Source: Elsinoe ampelina (Eukaryota). From it: DNA of 64,000 nucleotides. Within the stretch, counting starts at the first letter, position 1. Each line of letters begins with the position of its first letter. Where the stretch lies: NCBI GenBank assembly GCA_010093995.1, contig ML992512.1:405736-469735 (forward strand), read 5' to 3'. The notes beneath the pieces are model-generated. The model was not told the DNA's origin, made no database searches, and saw only the letters and a list, made by a program, of their open reading frames with translations. A program made the translations under genes and the position numbers. Positions 59,900 to 64,000 of the stretch are shown piece by piece.

Positions 59900-62562
59900 A
59901 TGAATTCTTCCGACCAGAAGCCGTCGCGGTATCGCACCGTGAGGCATTCAAACAATGCCGCCCCCGCTGCTGCCCCCGCCGAGCCCGCTATGGATCCTGG
60001 ATCAAACGACGACAATGCTGCTGGAACAGTCAATCGCTCTCGGTCGCGCTACCACAGGAAGCCTCAGCAGCAGTCCTACACCCAAAGTCCTCCACCAATC
60101 GCATCACCTCCATTGAGCTCTGCGTCTCCCGACCCAACCGCCGGCCCATGGCCTGCGCCGCACCAAGGTGGAAAGCATCTCCGATCCGCACCTTCAAAAG
60201 AGCGCGTCCTGACACCACGCGCCGAGGCAGAGCGACAGAGACGGCTGGAAGACAATAGCGCGAGCAGACAGGGCAGCGCTGGGTCGCGTGGTCGAGGAGC
60301 TGAGGGCACGTTCAAGCCGGAGTCTGCCAACAGGCATGACAGCCCTATGCTTGAGACAAGCGCCCAGAGGACCAGACCCCACGAGTCGCAAGCACCTCAG
60401 CAGATTCTGGCAACGACTGTCGACGTCAAAGAGGAGAAGGCTGCGGGCTGTTTCAGTGGCTTATTCGGGAGGAAGAAGAGTCATCTTGTGCTCCAACAAC
60501 CAGAAAAGATCAAGGAGGGCGGCAGGAAGGAGCCGCAGTTCATCAAGCATGGAGGTGGAGGTATTGTGCCAGGCACAGATGCGCCCAAATCGGCAGTCAA
60601 TTCTGGCGAAAGGGTAAGATCGTAGCCAGTCAATGGATGAAGTGAGGCTGACATATCTAGCGCGTCCTGATCGAGTGTAACCGCAACAACATGCAATTTC
60701 CAGTCGACGTGACAACAACTGCTGCAGAACTCCTCCAGTCTGCTGCAAATTGCTTCTCGGATCCGATCGACCCAAAAACTTACGTTCTCATTGAATATTT
60801 CAGCAAAGTCGGCGTTCAACGACCTTTACGACGATACGAGCATGTTCGGGAAGTCATGAATTCATGGGATGACGACAGCCAGAATACTCTGATGGTAATG
60901 CCAGCTGCAGCCTCTGGAAGTGACCCAGTCTTGCTGCAAGCATCTAACGTTCCCTTGGTCAAGCCAAGCGAAAAGTCATTCGTAATCTACTATTCTCAGA
61001 AAGTCGGCAAATGGGACCGACGACATATCATAATCCGCACCGATGGTCAGGTTGTGGCGAAGAAGAACTCTACAGCGGCAGACAAAGACGCCGTCAACGT
61101 GTGTCACCTGTCCGATTTTGACATTTACACGCCTACACAGCGTCAATTGTCCAAGAAGATCCGTCCACCGAAGAAGCTGTGCTTTGCGATCAAGAGTCAG
61201 CAAAAGACGACGATGTTTGAAGCGACCACCGACTTTGTCCACTTCTTCTGCACAGGCGAGAAGGAAGAAGCAATTGCCTTCTACACTGGAGTGCAAACCT
61301 GGCGCAGCTGGTATCTCGTCAACATGAAAGGCGAGGGCAAGAAACAATCAATCCAGCAGCCGGATCCTTTCAAGGCTTCTCCGACCAGGGGTAAGAGCAC
61401 GAAAAAGGTCAATCACAACCGCGATCAGTCGATGGAGTCGGCTTACCAGCTTGGCTCATTCAAGCCTCTCATCGAGACCGAGAAGATGGACTTCCGACCA
61501 TCGTCGGCCGAAGAGGAGCCAGTGAAGCCTGTGGTACGAAGAGCGTCAAAGCGCGAGCGCCATCATCCTCCGCCGGCATTGCCTCCTCAACAACTCAGCG
61601 AGGACGAACCTCTGGTGAAGCTGCTCGACAAACGTGCCTCGGTGGATGAGCCTCGAAGCAGCGGCACTTTTGCCAATGGTGGTCTCCTCGGACGCAGCTA
61701 CTCACAGCGGAAGAGGGATGTCGCCGAAAACGAGGCCGGAACAGCTCAACCATTCACTAATGGTCCTTCACTCGTGTCCAACATTGAGTCCTATCGGCCT
61801 GCGACATCCGACAACCACCACGTCCGCCGCAACTCTGTTCGCCGCTCCAACGACTACAGCGCTGGAGACATCCGTCGACAGACATCTACTCGCCGCCCAG
61901 ACCGCGGCTCCGTCGACCTCGGCCGCAGCACATCCACGAGAGTGCCCCAAAAGCCCCTCGTCGACCTAACCCCAACCTATCGCAAGCCACCCCAACATGC
62001 CCGCAAAGGCCGCGGCTATAACCCCGCCACCACTTCAGGCGGACTCATCAACGCCGTACCGTCGCCTGAAGACCCGCTCGGCCTGCCCCCATCAACCGAC
62101 TGGCGCGGCCGCAACTCTCAAAGGGAAATGCATTCTACCAGCCAGACCTTCAGCCTTGAGCGCGGGACCAGCGCCACTCGCAACCGCGCCCGCAGCACAA
62201 GTCGATCCCGCGCCCCTCAGGCGGCGAGGTTCCAGAACTCGAGTGCGTACGCTGCTTTGACAGGGGCACCGGAGCCGACACAGCCCGTCGCGAGAGAGAG
62301 GGAGAGGGAGAGGCAGCTCTCTGGCGGCGGCGGCGGGGGAGGTGTTGAGGCGTTTGTGCCCGGCGGATTGTTGGAGCAGGCTGCTGGAGGATGGGGAGCA
62401 GGGGACAAAGGCCGCGGAGTGACAGGTACGTCTGGCAGAGGAGGTGCGGGGAAGCCGTTGGTGGACCTGAGTGAGGCGGGGATGTATGGGAAGGGGAGTC
62501 TGTTGGAACGACAGGCGAGGGCGGAGGGGGTGAGAGGGCCGGTGATTGATAGAGATGGTTGA
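59900..62562 (+). CDS. Ras-association-like plus PH-domain adaptor protein with long disordered tails
   Basis: Intron 60614-60660. PGTDAPKSAVNSGERRVLIEC, RPLRRYEHVREVMNSWD (ubiquitin-like/RA), KWDRRHIIIR..CHLSDFDIY..FAIKSQQK..FVHFF..W (PH). Confidence 0.8.
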
Positions 62563-64000
62563 GGATAGACAGTAGAGAGAAGTGAAGGAGTGATGGATGG
62601 GATGTGGTTATCATGAAGGAACGGCCATGAGGGATTGAGACATGCATTTCCGAGATGAAAGATACCTCGGCGTAATGTAGCCAGCTTCTATAATAGGACA
62701 TTCCGGTCTGAACAGGCCAATGCAAGACATGAACTTTTGATCTCGGTACCAGATGTCCCATGTTGACCTGCAAGACATGCTTTTCTCCACGCTGGGGGCC
62801 GCGGACGGCAGGGCTGAGCTGCAGTGTACCAGACGGGTAAATGCAAATGCACCGCAGATGCAGCCGCGGACGCAGATGCACTACTCCTCCGACCACAACC
62901 CCTCCCTAGTGCACCATGCAGTGCAATGCACTTCTCGAGATTATTACCCCTCTATAGCTCCTCAACCACCACTGTCACGGAGACACGTGCCCCTCCTCCC
63001 CTCCTCCGTCTCGCCGCCTTGGCCGCTGGAGCCGCACACAACTAAAGTTAGCCAAAACTCAGCGCAAATGTCCCCCCGGGTAGAGGCGTCTGGACCGACG
63101 GGTGCAAGTCAGGAAAGACGCGCTAGGTATGTGGTTGAGGACAAAGGGGCGTCCAGTGGGAGCATGAGAGGGAGGCAGAGGGGGGAGTTTGAGCACGGCC
63201 GTCGTCTGCAAATAGCTGGCAGGGTACGGATCCTGTACTGGAGGTGTCGATGCAGGGCTTGGATGACGCTGGACGAGTGCATCGGGGGGAATGAGTGATG
63301 TCGTGGATGGTGCGGGCCATGGCATCATGTTTGGTCCTGTACTACTGTACAAACCGGGCAGCGTCTCGGGCTGCAGTCACTTCGCTTCGCACGTCAGGAG
63401 GGAGTGAACGGGTATCCCAACCGGATCAATCTCGGAGCCGATACAGCGACAGAGAAGAGAGTGAAGCCGAAAATCTCGCATACCGCTCATGCAAATTCCC
63501 CTTCGCCTGGTTTGACGCGGGGTCTGTGCTGGGGTTTGACGTCTTGGTTCTGGTCATGCAGGCCTGGGCCTGGCGCTAGTGGGAGATCATTGGGCTGGAG
63601 GAGATCGTGTTTCATGGGCTAGGGCGAGGCTGCATGGTATGCATGTGCTTGGGTGAGGATGATGGTTTAATCGAGCGGTCGGGGGGAAGCAGGGAATGGA
63701 TTCAGGATGATGGAGATGTGGTTGATGTCGCGGGATCTGCGTGGAGGATGATGGCGATCATGAGTGACAGCTGCTTGTGTGTGATCTTTGTCCTTGTTCT
63801 TATTCTCGCGGTTCGCCGATGTTAGAGATTACAATGAGGCTATTACTGAACACGTGGAGAGAGAGGGCAAGTGGTTTGTTCCAGGAGGTTCTGGTCCTTG
63901 TGGTTCTGGTTCTCCTTGACATGCAACTCGACAGATCATCGTCGCCCACATGTGAGATCGGCGATTTGAGCCGCTGTGGAGTTCTTGACGAGACCAGAAA

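Noticed and set aside
62563..64000. Short ORFs at the right end (for example 62753-63298)
   Set aside because: No motifs, codon bias or splice structure supporting a gene; probably UTR or intergenic sequence.

Overview
Gene-dense eukaryotic DNA from a filamentous ascomycete (Pezizomycotina; a black-yeast/Chaetothyriales-like lineage is only my impression). It has short ~45-60 nt GT-AG introns with CTRAC/CTAAY branch points and about 27 protein-coding genes, mostly housekeeping: cysteine synthase, condensin YCG1, CYK3, FOL2, CTK1, SPC3, RPL4, HAT2, XRN1, STE23, a p24 protein, NDUFS6, CAB5, a PDK/BCKDK-family kinase, GT31, MPP6, UBP15, GT25 and an RA-PH protein. I found no transposons, CRISPR arrays, tRNAs or rRNAs. 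Highlights not visible in the ORF track: (1) a U6 snRNA gene at ~46930-47136 split by two spliceosomal introns in its catalytic core, with a downstream B box; (2) a stand-alone histidinol-dehydrogenase paralogue with HpsN (sulfopropanediol dehydrogenase)-type motifs; (3) an orphan disordered protein with ABBA, KEN and D-box motifs, a candidate Acm1/Mes1-like APC/C inhibitor; (4) about 15 recurrent ~1-kb islands that switch from C-rich to G-rich regardless of gene orientation; (5) a STE23/IDE with both a mitochondrial presequence and a PTS1; (6) an apparent 3' splice-site slide in a secreted-protein gene. All exon structures were read by eye and none were checked against databases.
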